A stretch of DNA of 62,388 nucleotides, filler included, from Coriobacteriales bacterium (GCA_031263105.1; 5 parts of 5 records of this genome joined end to end with filler, not necessarily neighbours in it), one strand, 5' to 3'. Shown: positions 20,894 through 33,056, counted from the whole stretch's first letter. Program-made: numbers and translations. Notes: generated from the letters alone by a model not told the origin.

Positions 20894-21649
20894 ATGGCTG
20901 CCACGGAAGACCTGACGAAGACGGCCACGGCGAAGGCCGTGACGAAGAAGGCCGCAGGGCACGGGGAGGGGCATCCCGTGCGGAAGGCGGCGAAGAGGAC
21001 GCACGCAAAGGCCGGGGCGTCCGCGAGGGACCAGCAGATCGTCTTCGATCCCTCGGCGGACCGCTCCCTCGTCGCCGAGCAGGCACGGGAGAACCCCGCC
21101 ATCCTCACGGCGCTCGTCGAGAACCTCTCGAAGGAGGCCCGCCGCGTCCGCCAGTTCAGCGCCGCCGCCCTCGGCGTCGTCTCCGAGAGCGACCCCGAGA
21201 TACTGGTGGGGCATATCGGGCATATCGTCGATGCGCTGCACCGTCCCGAGGCGCAGACGCGCTGGGAGAGCCTCGATGTCCTCACGCGGATCGTCTCCTA
21301 TGACCCCGCGTCCTGTGACGACGCGGTCGTCGGTGCCGAGGGCTCGCTGTACGACGAGGAGTCCGGCACCGCGCGCCTGGCGGCCGTGCGCTTCCTGTGC
21401 GCCTACGGGACGCTCGACGCGAAGCGCTCGGCCCGCGTATGGCCCCTGCTCGACGAGGCCATCCAGTGCTACCACGGCGACCCCGAGTTCCAGGACATGC
21501 TCATATCGGTCATCGGCTTTGCGGGCGGCCGCATCAGCAAGGAGGTGCGCGCCTCGCTTGCGGGCCGCATGGGCTTCGACGCGACGAACGGGAAGGGCGT
21601 GCTCAAGCGCCGCGCCACGCAGATAATCGAACTCTGTACGGGACACTGA
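20894..21649 (+). CDS. HEAT/ARM-repeat-like hypothetical protein
   Basis: Helical repeats (RRVRQFSAAALG, ARLAAVRFL); basic low-complexity N-terminus; tightly coupled in the operon. Confidence 0.7.
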   Translation: MAATEDLTKTATAKAVTKKAAGHGEGHPVRKAAKRTHAKAGASARDQQIVFDPSADRSLVAEQARENPAILTALVENLSKEARRVRQFSAAALGVVSESDPEILVGHIGHIVDALHRPEAQTRWESLDVLTRIVSYDPASCDDAVVGAEGSLYDEESGTARLAAVRFLCAYGTLDAKRSARVWPLLDEAIQCYHGDPEFQDMLISVIGFAGGRISKEVRASLAGRMGFDATNGKGVLKRRATQIIELCTGH

Positions 21650-21650
21650 C

Positions 21651-24171
<2,521 letters not shown>

Positions 24172-24184
24172 GGGGAGGCGACCG

Positions 24185-25390
24185 ATGCCGCTCGACCTCT
24201 CCCAGCTTCCGAGGACCGTCTGGTTCGACGCCGATGCGGCGGACGGCGCCTACGGCGTCTACCTCATCGACCAGACGCGCCTCCCGCTCCAAGGCGACGT
24301 GCTCTGCTGCCGCACGCTCGAAGGCGTCGAGACCGCCGTCAAGTCCCTCGCGCTGCGCGGGGCGCCGGCGCTCGGCGTGGGCGCTGCGATGGCGGTGGCG
24401 CTCTACAGCGAGAACGAGTCCCCTGCCACGGCGACGGACGAATGGCTCAAGGACATCGACCGGGCGGCCGGGCGCATAGGCCGGGCGCGGCCGACTGCGG
24501 TCAACCTCGCCTGGGGGGCCGAGCGCGCCCGCGCCTTCGCCCATGAGGCCGCCGCACAAGGCGGCTCGCTGGCCTCGGCGAAGCAGGCCCTCGTCGCCTT
24601 CGTGCAGCAGATGGCGGCCGACGACGAGGCCACGAACCGCGCCATCGGCGCGAACGGCGCCGCGCTCATCATGCCGGGCTCCCGCGTGCTGACCCACTGC
24701 AACGCCGGCTCGCTCGGCACGGCGTACTTCGGCACGGCGCTCGGGGTCGTCTATGCCGCCTTCGACCAGGGCAAGGTGGAGCAGGTCTGGTCGTGCGAGA
24801 CGCGCCCCCTCAACCAAGGTGCGCGCCTGACCGTGTGGGAGCTCATGCGGGCAGGGGTGCCCTGCGCCCTCATCGCCGACAGCATGGCGGCGAGCGTCAT
24901 GGCCCAAGGCTGGGTCGATGCCGTCCTCGTCGGCGCCGACCGCATCTGCGCGAACGGCGACACGGCGAACAAGATAGGCACTCTGGGCCTCGCCCTGCTC
25001 GCCAAGCACTACGCCATACCCTTCTATGTCTGCGCCCCCACCTCGACCATCGACAGGACGCTTGCCGACGGGAGCGCCATACCCATCGAGCAGCGCGATT
25101 CCCGCGAGCTTGCCGGCTTCACCGCGTCGGGCCTCATCACGCCCGACGACGCCGTCTCCGCACAGGCCTTCGATGCGCTGACCGCCCAAGGGGACCGCGA
25201 GATATGCTTCAAGGCAGGCCACAGGGTGTCGATAGGGCGCAAGGGCGGCGCCTACTCCTTCGACGGATGGTTCCAGACCACGCCGTCGCAGGTGCCCGTC
25301 TACAACCCCGCCTTCGACGTGACCCCTGCCAACCTCATCACCTCCCTCGTCACCGAGGACGGCGTCTACAGGCCCGACCGCCTCGGCTGA
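24185..25390 (+). CDS. mtnA: S-methyl-5-thioribose-1-phosphate isomerase
   Basis: DQTRLP, RGAPALG, RPTAVNL, LTHCNAG, ETRP and NPAFDVTP motifs. Confidence 0.93.
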   Translation: MPLDLSQLPRTVWFDADAADGAYGVYLIDQTRLPLQGDVLCCRTLEGVETAVKSLALRGAPALGVGAAMAVALYSENESPATATDEWLKDIDRAAGRIGRARPTAVNLAWGAERARAFAHEAAAQGGSLASAKQALVAFVQQMAADDEATNRAIGANGAALIMPGSRVLTHCNAGSLGTAYFGTALGVVYAAFDQGKVEQVWSCETRPLNQGARLTVWELMRAGVPCALIADSMAASVMAQGWVDAVLVGADRICANGDTANKIGTLGLALLAKHYAIPFYVCAPTSTIDRTLADGSAIPIEQRDSRELAGFTASGLITPDDAVSAQAFDALTAQGDREICFKAGHRVSIGRKGGAYSFDGWFQTTPSQVPVYNPAFDVTPANLITSLVTEDGVYRPDRLG

Positions 25391-25397
25391 CCCACTC

Positions 25398-25440
25398 GGT
25401 CAGGCCCCGGTCAGGCCCGGGTCAGGCCCGGCTCAGGCCC
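25398..25440. repeat. 4 x 11-bp tandem repeat
   Basis: GGTCAGGCCCS units between mtnA and comF. Confidence 0.8.
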
Positions 25441-25491
25441 GTGGCAGAAACGGGAGGGCCGCCGGTCAGCGCCGCCTGCTATGCTCGGAGA

Positions 25492-26346
25492 ATGCGAACC
25501 CACCTGTGGCATCGTCCCTCCCTTGGGAGGCATGCGGACCGGCTGCGGCAGGCCGCGCTCGAGCTTTTGTGGCCGACGCGCTGCGTCGGATGCGAGCGGC
25601 TCGGTGTCCTGCTCTGCGAGGACTGTGCGTCCGCCCTCCCCTTCATCGACCAGGGCCGCGCCTGTCCCCGTTGCGGCGCACCGGCCGGTGCGCTCGTCTG
25701 CACCGAGTGCGCGCCCGTCCATGAGAGAACGGCCCTCGCGTTCACGCAGGCACGTTGCGCGCTGGAGTTCGCAGGGCCCGTCCCGCGCCTCGTCGTCGCC
25801 TACAAGGACGGAGGGGAGCGCCGCCTTGCAGGGCTGCTCGCCCGCCTCGTCGCACGTGTCGTCACGCCCGAATGGCGATGCTGGGCGGACGTGCTCGCCT
25901 GGGTCCCCGCCGACGCCGCCGCGCTCAGGCGCCGGGGCTTCGACCACATGCGCCTGGTCGCCGAGGCGCTGGGCGCCCTGACCGGCCTGCGGACGGCCCC
26001 CCTGCTCGTCAAGCAGGCGCAGCTCGACCAGCGCCTGCTCGGTCGGAGGCAGCGCAGGGAGAACGCAGGCTCGGTGTTCTCCCTGCACCCTTCCCCTGCA
26101 ATCGCGCAGAGAGGCAGGGCAGGCACGGGGCAGGGGCCGCGTGCCGCCGGTGCGGACGTAGGAAAGGGGCCGTGCGCCGCCGACGTGCAAGGCGTCCTGC
26201 GGGGCGGCCCCCTGTCGTCCTTCGGACGCATCGTCCTCATCGACGACGTCCTCACCACCGGTGCGACCCTCGACGCAGCGACGCGCGTCCTCCTTTCCGC
26301 AGGTGCGCAGGAGGTCCGCGTCGCAACGGTCGCGCGGGTCTGGTGA
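25492..26346 (+). CDS. comF: ComF family protein (double zinc ribbon + PRTase domain)
   Basis: CxxC pairs, RRGFDH and LIDDVLTTGAT motifs. Confidence 0.9.
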   Translation: MRTHLWHRPSLGRHADRLRQAALELLWPTRCVGCERLGVLLCEDCASALPFIDQGRACPRCGAPAGALVCTECAPVHERTALAFTQARCALEFAGPVPRLVVAYKDGGERRLAGLLARLVARVVTPEWRCWADVLAWVPADAAALRRRGFDHMRLVAEALGALTGLRTAPLLVKQAQLDQRLLGRRQRRENAGSVFSLHPSPAIAQRGRAGTGQGPRAAGADVGKGPCAADVQGVLRGGPLSSFGRIVLIDDVLTTGATLDAATRVLLSAGAQEVRVATVARVW

Positions 26347-26353
26347 GATGTGG

Positions 26354-26555
26354 GTTACTGTTCGCACCCCCACTGTCATTCCGAGGCTCGCCGAGGAATC
26401 TTTGGACACGCAGTGTCCAACGGCAGGTCGCAGGGCCCTTCGGCCAGCGGTCGACCGCTGGCGCGGTCGAGGATCCCTCGGCAGGCTCGGGATGACAGTG
26501 GGGGCTCGGGATGACAGTGGGGGCTCGGGATGACAGTGGGGGTGTGAACAGTAAC
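26354..26555. repeat. REPIN/MITE-like element with two extra 19-bp copies of its right end
   Basis: GTTACTGTTCGCACCCCCACTGTCATTCCGAG...(GCTCGGGATGACAGTG)x3...GTGAACAGTAAC. Confidence 0.9.
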
Positions 26556-26608
26556 GGATGTGGCGGGACGCGCCCTGCGGGACGCGCCCTGCTCTGGTAG
26601 AATTGACG

Positions 26609-26868
26609 GGTTCCCTCCGGGTCTGTGGTTGCGGGATGCGGTTCCCTTGCGGCACCGCTCCTCAGTCCATGGTAGACGCGGCCGAAAGGACCCACGTAAA
26701 CGCACGGCGCCCGCCGTGCGCGAGCATGGCGCGTCTTAGGGGTAAGCCGTACCGCCCGGTGTTCGGGGCATCCGCCCCCTGGGCGAGAGGGTCGGTAGTG
26801 AGATCGTATCAGGCGAAGGCCCCGGTATGCGAGTGTGGGGGCAAAGACCAGGTCAGCCGGAGGGAACC
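26609..26868 (+). ncRNA. raiA motif RNA
   Basis: Closing stem GGTTCCCTCCGG/CCGGAGGGAACC; conserved blocks TGTGGTTG, CCACGTAA, GAGCATGG, CTTAG..GTAAG, GGCGAGAG, TAGTGAG and GCGAGTGTGGGG.CAAAGACCAGGTCA; typical context between comF and a binding-protein gene; extended -10 TGgTAGAAT at 26595-26603. Confidence 0.88.
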
Positions 26869-26897
26869 TTTGTCGTGACTCGAAGGAGAGAAGGTCC

Positions 26898-27923
26898 ATG
26901 AAATCTTGGCATCGGATAGGCAGGGCCGTCCTGAGCGGGATGCTGGCGGCCGTCACCTTGGGGCTTGCAGGCTGCTTCAGCCCCAGCATCGAAGGGGGCC
27001 TTAAGCTGTCGGACGCCGCCGTCGCACCTCCGAGCATCGCTCAGGAGGGGGTGCTGCGCGTGGGCGTCGATTCCTCGGGCGTGCCCTTTGCCGGCCCCTC
27101 CGAGGGCAGGATCATCGGCATCGACGTCGATACCGCTGCGGCGTTGGCCGAGCAGATGGGGCTCAGGCTCGAGGTCGTCGACGTCAAGGGGCAGGATGCC
27201 AACGCCGTCCTCGGCGCGGGGACGGTCGATGTGGTCATGGGCATCCAGGGCGAGGCCGCAGGCGCCTTCACCGGCTCCCAGGTCGGCCCTTACGTGGTCG
27301 ACGGCCCTGCGGCCTTCACGGTCGGCCTGTCCGGCGAGGCGCCCGCTTTCGACCCCGCCGTGCTCGGCGGGGTTCCCATAGCGGCCCAGGAGGGCTCGCT
27401 TTCCGCTTGGCAGGTGGACAGGGACTACGGGTCGGGGAACCTGCGCGCCTACCCGACGCTGAACGCGGTGTTCGACGAGCTCTCCTCCGGCTCGGTCTCC
27501 TATGCCGCCGCCGATGCCGTCGTCGGCTCCTTCCTCGCGCTCCAACAGTACGAGGGCATCCGTTGCGTGGGCCTGCTGTCCGAGCCGCAGGGCGTCTACA
27601 TGGGCGTGGCGACCGAGAAGCAGGAGCTCCTGTCGCGGCTCACCGACGCCCTGCGCAGCCTGCGCGACGAAGGCAACCTGCAGACGATCATCGCAAAATG
27701 GCTCGGGCCGCAGTCGGCCGTCACGGTGCTCGGCTCCCAGGCCATCGTCACCCTTCCGTCCGGCGGGGAGGCCCAAACGGGCACCGGCCAAGGGGCCTTG
27801 GGGACGACCGATGCCTCCGTCGTGCCCACGGACGGGGGCGCAGCCATGCCTGCGGACGGGGGCACCGAAGGGGCGGACGGCCAGCCGTCCGACGGCTCGG
27901 CTGAATCCCTCGCGCAAGAGTAG
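26898..27923 (+). CDS. Amino acid ABC transporter substrate-binding lipoprotein
   Basis: Lipobox LAGC; LRVGVD, GIDVD and IIAKW motifs. Confidence 0.88.
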   Translation: MKSWHRIGRAVLSGMLAAVTLGLAGCFSPSIEGGLKLSDAAVAPPSIAQEGVLRVGVDSSGVPFAGPSEGRIIGIDVDTAAALAEQMGLRLEVVDVKGQDANAVLGAGTVDVVMGIQGEAAGAFTGSQVGPYVVDGPAAFTVGLSGEAPAFDPAVLGGVPIAAQEGSLSAWQVDRDYGSGNLRAYPTLNAVFDELSSGSVSYAAADAVVGSFLALQQYEGIRCVGLLSEPQGVYMGVATEKQELLSRLTDALRSLRDEGNLQTIIAKWLGPQSAVTVLGSQAIVTLPSGGEAQTGTGQGALGTTDASVVPTDGGAAMPADGGTEGADGQPSDGSAESLAQE

Positions 27924-28038
27924 CTGTCTTTTAACCGTCTTTCAATCTGTTTCTCCCGCTTTTATAGAGGAAAGTGCGGTACCCTATACCGATGCACTTT
28001 TGTGTGCTGAAGAAGGGCAGAGAGCAAGGAGGTCCATG

Positions 28039-28923
28039 ATGTCTGTAACGAAGAGGCTGGTCTCCGCCGTGGCGGCAGCGGCGCTGATGGCGTCCATGGC
28101 GCTGACGGGCTGTGCGGGCGGCGGCAACGCCCCGACGGCGGGCGGCGACGCGGGCACGGGCGGCAGCGGGGGCGCGGCCACCGAGCTGGTCGAGTTCGAT
28201 GCCACCAGCGACGCGCTGGCCGCCCTGCAGGCGGGCAACGTCGAGGCGGTGGTCTTCGACGAGCCGGTCGCCATCGAGCAGGTGGGGACGACCTACACCG
28301 ACGCGGAGATCGTCGAGGTCATTCCGACCGGCGAGCAGTACGGCTTCGCAGTGGCCAAGGAGAACCCCGAGCTGAACGCGGCGGTCAACCAGGCGCTCGT
28401 CGACCTCAAAGCCGACGGCAGCTTCGACACCTTGTTCGAGAAGTGGTTCCCCGGTGTCTCGATTCCTGCGCTCACGCCGTCTGCCGATGCGCCGGTCGCC
28501 CCGACGCCGGCCGCCGACCTGCATCTTGTCACCCCCGGTGTCCTGACCGTCGGCTCCGACTGCGACTATCCCCCCTTCATCGCGATGGAGGGCGAGACCC
28601 CCGTGGGCTTCGAGTACGAGCTGATGCAGGAGGTCGGTGCCAAGCTGGGCCTCGAGGTCGTCTACCTGTCGCCGCAGAACTTCAGCAGCATCGTCGCCTC
28701 GGTGGCCGCCGCCACGAAGATGGACATCGGCGTCTCCTCGTTCACCATCAACGACGAGCGCCTCGAGCTCGTCGACTTCTGCATCCCCTACTTCGACTCC
28801 AACCAGGCCGTGGTCGCCCTGAAGAGCAAGGGCTACACGAGCGCCGAGGACCTCAGGGGCAAGAAGGTCGCGTCCCAGTCGGGCACCACGGGCTCCGACT
28901 GGGTCCGCGAGAACCTGATGTAG
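28039..28923 (+). CDS. Polar amino acid ABC substrate-binding lipoprotein, circularly permuted
   Basis: Lipobox LTGC; the C-terminal half of the family (YGFAV...EKWF) precedes the N-terminal half (LTVGSDCDYPPF...QSGTT); AAGGAGG RBS. Confidence 0.85.
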   Translation: MSVTKRLVSAVAAAALMASMALTGCAGGGNAPTAGGDAGTGGSGGAATELVEFDATSDALAALQAGNVEAVVFDEPVAIEQVGTTYTDAEIVEVIPTGEQYGFAVAKENPELNAAVNQALVDLKADGSFDTLFEKWFPGVSIPALTPSADAPVAPTPAADLHLVTPGVLTVGSDCDYPPFIAMEGETPVGFEYELMQEVGAKLGLEVVYLSPQNFSSIVASVAAATKMDIGVSSFTINDERLELVDFCIPYFDSNQAVVALKSKGYTSAEDLRGKKVASQSGTTGSDWVRENLM

Positions 28924-28960
28924 GGAAGGTCGCCCCGCAGAGCATGCCCGGAATTCTGTA

Positions 28961-30358
28961 ATGCCAGACAGACGCCACAGGCGCACCGCTGCATTCGCAC
29001 TGGCGGCGGTGCTCCTTCTCGCCCTCACCACGCTGATGCCGCAGACGGCGTCGGCGCTGGAGATGGACGTCAAGAAGACGACCGCGCGCTCGAACTCCTC
29101 GACGAGCAACGACGTCATCGGCGGCGAGCCCACACGGGTCACGTGGGAGGCCTACGTGGGCGACGACGAGCAGATCGGCTCGCTGACGCTCGTCTTTCCC
29201 GCAGGCTCCTCCCTTGCCGAGGGCGCAACCGCCAGGGCGACGGTGCTCGACGGCACGCTCCGGGTCGAGACCGGGTACGAGGAGGACCTCTCGGAGGGGC
29301 AGGTGCTGCTGCGCTTCGCCGAGCCGGTGCCCTCGGGGCTGCTGCTGCGCGTGGAGATACACAACATCGCCCTGCCTGCGGCATCCGGCGACTACAGCCT
29401 TACGGGCTCGTACAGCGACGCCCAAGGCGCTACCTACGACCTCCCGGCCTCGCCGACGGTCCACGTCACCGGCACATCGACCGCCGACGGCCTCATCGCC
29501 TGGCTGGGAGAGCAGTCCTGGGTTCAGACGTGGAACTCGGTGACCTTCTTCAGGATATTCCTGAACCCCGTGGTCGCCGCAGCCGCCGTCCCCAACCTGT
29601 TCACCGGCTGGCTGCGCTCCTTCGGCCTGGTCCTCGTCGGCTTCCCCGTGGCGATCCCCATAGGCCTGGGCATCTCGTTCTTGCGCATGTCGAAGTTCCG
29701 GCCGCTGCGCTTCGTCTCGAGCATCTATGTGAACGTCATCCGAGGGACGCCCTTGTTCCTGCAGATATTCATCGCGTTTTTGGGCCTGCCGCTGATGGGC
29801 GTCCGTGTGGGCGACTACGTATTGGGCACCATCGTCCTGGCGGTCAACTCCAGCGCCTATCTGGCCGAGATATTCCGGGCGGGCATCCAGTCGATACACA
29901 AGGGCCAGTTCGAGGCGGCGTCCTCGCTGGGCATGAACGGCGTGCAGACGATGTTCTCCGTCATCATCCCCCAGACCGTGCGCCGTGTCATACCGACGAT
30001 GACCTCGGAGTTCATCCTGCTCTACAAGGACACGTCCCTGCTCGCCGCCATGGGCGTCATGGAGCAGATGCAGTTCGCCCGCACGATGGTAGCCACGAGC
30101 GGCTCCATGACGCCCTACGTCATATCGGGCTGCTACTACCTGATCGTCACCCTGCCGCTGACGCGCGTCATCTCCGTCTTCGAGAAGAGGCTCGCTGCCT
30201 CCGACGGACGCGAGGCGCCTCCCGAGGACGCAGGGAAGGGCAAGGACGGGACGACAGGGACGAGGCGCGTCGGCCTGTTCAAGACCACGGCACCGCTCTC
30301 GGCGACCGATGCCGGGCCCGATGCCGGCATCACCCCAGAGCGCCCGAGCAGCCAGTGA
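28961..30358 (+). CDS. Amino acid ABC transporter permease with N-terminal extracytoplasmic domain
   Basis: IRGTPLFLQ, SAYLAEIFRAGI, GQFEAA and KDTSL motifs. Confidence 0.93.
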   Translation: MPDRRHRRTAAFALAAVLLLALTTLMPQTASALEMDVKKTTARSNSSTSNDVIGGEPTRVTWEAYVGDDEQIGSLTLVFPAGSSLAEGATARATVLDGTLRVETGYEEDLSEGQVLLRFAEPVPSGLLLRVEIHNIALPAASGDYSLTGSYSDAQGATYDLPASPTVHVTGTSTADGLIAWLGEQSWVQTWNSVTFFRIFLNPVVAAAAVPNLFTGWLRSFGLVLVGFPVAIPIGLGISFLRMSKFRPLRFVSSIYVNVIRGTPLFLQIFIAFLGLPLMGVRVGDYVLGTIVLAVNSSAYLAEIFRAGIQSIHKGQFEAASSLGMNGVQTMFSVIIPQTVRRVIPTMTSEFILLYKDTSLLAAMGVMEQMQFARTMVATSGSMTPYVISGCYYLIVTLPLTRVISVFEKRLAASDGREAPPEDAGKGKDGTTGTRRVGLFKTTAPLSATDAGPDAGITPERPSSQ

Positions 30359-30364
30359 GGGACC

Positions 30365-31117
30365 ATGACAACAGCGAGCTTGGATAACAGACCGGTCGTC
30401 CGCATCGAGGGACTGCACAAGTACTTCGGCTCCCTCGAGGTGCTCAAAGGCGTCGACATGGAGGTCTCGCGGGGCGAGGTCGTCGTCATCCTGGGCCCTT
30501 CCGGCTCGGGGAAGTCCACGCTGTTGCGCTGCGTGAACCTTCTGGAGAGGCCCACCGCCGGCAGGATATGGTTCGAGGACGCCTGCATAACCGACCCGAA
30601 GACGGACATCAACCGGATTCGGGAGAAGGTCGGCATGGTGTTCCAGAGCTTCAACCTCTTCCCGCACCTCTCCGCCCGGGGCAACATCATGCTCGCCCAG
30701 CGCAAGGTCCTCAAGCGCTCGAAGGAAGAGGCTTCCCGCATCGCCGTCGAGCAGTTGGGGAAGGTGGGGCTCGAGGACCGCATCGACTATCTCCCCGCAC
30801 AGCTTTCCGGCGGCCAGCAGCAGCGTGTCGCCATCGCCCGTGCGCTCGCCATGGACCCGCACGTCATGCTCTTCGACGAGGCGACGAGCGCGCTCGACCC
30901 CGAACTGGTCCGCGGCGTGCTCGATGTCATGCGCGAACTGGCGCTCGGCGGCATGACCATGATAGTCGTCACCCACGAGATGGGCTTTGCCCGCGAGGTC
31001 GCCGACCGGGTGGTCTTCATGGATGCGGGCGTCATCGTCGAGGAAGGGACCCCCACGGAGGTGTTCGACCATCCCCGGTCCCCGCGCACCAAGGACTTCC
31101 TCGGACATATCGCCTGA
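30365..31117 (+). CDS. Amino acid ABC transporter ATP-binding protein (GlnQ-like)
   Basis: [16 protein letters not shown] and [11 protein letters not shown] motifs. Confidence 0.96.
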   Translation: MTTASLDNRPVVRIEGLHKYFGSLEVLKGVDMEVSRGEVVVILGPSGSGKSTLLRCVNLLERPTAGRIWFEDACITDPKTDINRIREKVGMVFQSFNLFPHLSARGNIMLAQRKVLKRSKEEASRIAVEQLGKVGLEDRIDYLPAQLSGGQQQRVAIARALAMDPHVMLFDEATSALDPELVRGVLDVMRELALGGMTMIVVTHEMGFAREVADRVVFMDAGVIVEEGTPTEVFDHPRSPRTKDFLGHIA

Positions 31118-31153
31118 CGCATCGCCTGCCCCCCCCCCCCCCCCGCTGCCGCC

Positions 31154-31253
31154 NNNNNNNNNNNNNNNNNNNNNNNNNNNNNNNNNNNNNNNNNNNNTTA
31201 ATTAATTAANNNNNNNNNNNNNNNNNNNNNNNNNNNNNNNNNNNNNNNNNNNN
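31154..31253. other. Artificial contig spacer
   Basis: N44-TTAATTAATTAA-N44. Confidence 0.99.
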
Positions 31254-31313
31254 AAAACCCCTGCACGCCCGCCCCCCCTTTGTTGTACCCCCCCCCCCCC
31301 CCCCCCCCCCCCC

Positions 31314-31415
31314 CTGTCATTGCGAGCCTGCGCAGCAGGCGCGGCAATCCATAGCTGCAAGGGAGTACGGACGCACGTATGGATTGCTTCGTCGCTTCGC
31401 TCCTCGCACTGACAG
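31314..31415. repeat. Second REP-doublet subtype (TGTCATTGCGAG...GCAATC / GATTGC...CTCGCACTGACA)
   Basis: Terminal and internal inverted repeats; same TGTCAT terminus as the main family. Confidence 0.75.
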
Positions 31416-31482
31416 GGGGGGTCTGCACGGTAACCGCTCCCTTTCTGCCCAGCAGTAATAGTAGTTAACTTATAAGTTAATA

Positions 31483-32679
31483 TCAATACCCCAAGAGCGC
31501 ATTGGCCTCGTCCACCTTGGCCTGGGCGTCTGCGAGGTAGGCGCGCATGGCGGCGGGGTTGTGGGCGACCTTGCCGCCGGGGCGCTCGGCGGATGCGCGT
31601 TGGAAGGAGTACCAGTAGCGGGCATCGACGTAGGCGGCGCGAGCAGCGCGGAGGTCGGCGGGGTCGGGAGCAGCGGCGCCCAAGGCGAGGGCGGCGGCGA
31701 TGCGCTGCTGCAGGGCATCGAGGGCGGCAAGCAGCTCGTCCTCCTGGGTGCCCAGTTCCGCCTGGCGCTGGCGCACGAACGAGCGCATGGCAACGGTGTC
31801 GGCCACCCCCTGCCCGGCATGGCAGTCCAGACACATCCGCATGGCCGACTCGTTGTTCAGCGGCGAGGTCGACGAGTTGTGGTTGCGGAAGGCCGTGCCG
31901 TCCGCTGCCGTCTCGGTGGGCATATGGCAGCTCGCACAGGTCAGGCCGAGCTGCTGATGGTTGCTGCCTTGGAATATCTCGATGTCGGGATGTCCGAGGT
32001 AGGGTATCGCATCGCCGGTCGCCTCGTCCGTCATCGGCGCGAAGCCGTCCTCGGCGGTCGCCTTCCTGAGCGCCTCGGCATCCGTGCCGTAGCGATAGGG
32101 GTCGAGGTCTGCCAGCGTGCGCCCGTCCTTCCCGTTGAGGTAGCGGGCGTAGTCGCAGAGCGCATTGTGGCACTGGCCGCAGGCGGCGCTCTCAGGGTCG
32201 AGCTCGGCGACGAGGCGCACGGCGGGCAGCGTGAAGGTCACCAGCGTGGCGCCCGCGCCGTCTGTCGGGGCGGCGCCTGCGTGGCAGGTGCGGCAGCTCC
32301 AGTACTCGACGACGTGCCCGGCGGCCTCCGGGTAGCTCATGTTGAACACCTCCATGCCGTAGCTGGCATACAGGTCGTTGAAGTCCCCCGTCTTGCAGGA
32401 CAGGCAGGCCAGCCCGGACTCCTTGAGCTTCTCGTCGGTCTCCACGCGATAGCGCAGCGAGGCGTGGCTGTGCACCAGGCCGTCCTCCTCCAGCTCCGTT
32501 CCGCCGCCGACGAAGCTGGCATACTCGTCGGGGTACCGCTCGGCGTACTCGCCGACGTAGCGGGGGGCACGTGCTGTCGAAGCCTCATGGTCGACAGTCC
32601 CGGTGCCGCCCGCCGCCGCACAGCCGCAGAGCGCCGTCAGCAGCAGCACGACGGTCAGTATCCAGATCCTCGCTCTCAT
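31483..32679 (-). CDS. NrfA-like pentaheme cytochrome c552 lipoprotein (divergent)
   Basis: Lipobox LCGC; CLSCK followed by CRTCH, CGQCH, CASCH and CLDCH; HPD; C-terminal helices ending in AHNP. Confidence 0.85.
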   Translation of the reverse strand: MRARIWILTVVLLLTALCGCAAAGGTGTVDHEASTARAPRYVGEYAERYPDEYASFVGGGTELEEDGLVHSHASLRYRVETDEKLKESGLACLSCKTGDFNDLYASYGMEVFNMSYPEAAGHVVEYWSCRTCHAGAAPTDGAGATLVTFTLPAVRLVAELDPESAACGQCHNALCDYARYLNGKDGRTLADLDPYRYGTDAEALRKATAEDGFAPMTDEATGDAIPYLGHPDIEIFQGSNHQQLGLTCASCHMPTETAADGTAFRNHNSSTSPLNNESAMRMCLDCHAGQGVADTVAMRSFVRQRQAELGTQEDELLAALDALQQRIAAALALGAAAPDPADLRAARAAYVDARYWYSFQRASAERPGGKVAHNPAAMRAYLADAQAKVDEANALLGY

Positions 32680-32737
32680 CTGCGTCCTCTCAATGCCTTA
32701 AGGAGATCCCCGAGGCAGCGATGTTACCGCTCACGCC

Positions 32738-32877
32738 CTGTCATCCCGAGCGGAGGGGCGAAGCCCCGCAGCCGAGGGATCTTCGGCTGCAAAGCAGCCG
32801 ACCGCAGGTTGAAGCGCCTTCCGGCTGCGGTCGACCGCTTACGCGGTCGAAGATCCCTCGGCAGGCTCGGGATGACA
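32738..32877. repeat. REPIN/MITE-like element
   Basis: CTGTCATCCCGAGC...GCTCGGGATGACA followed by GTGAACAGTAA. Confidence 0.9.
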
Positions 32878-33056
32878 ATGAATGTGAACAGTAATCCCGC
32901 TCCTTAAGGAAACGATGGCCGATCCCTGAAAGACGGTGACGGCTTCTTTCTGATGGTGCTATCATATCTGAACATACGGCTACTGGCGAGACGAACGCCA
33001 AAGGCATCGCTGCGGCAGCTTCGACGAGTGTAGGGAGGAGGTTGCCGTTCACACCT

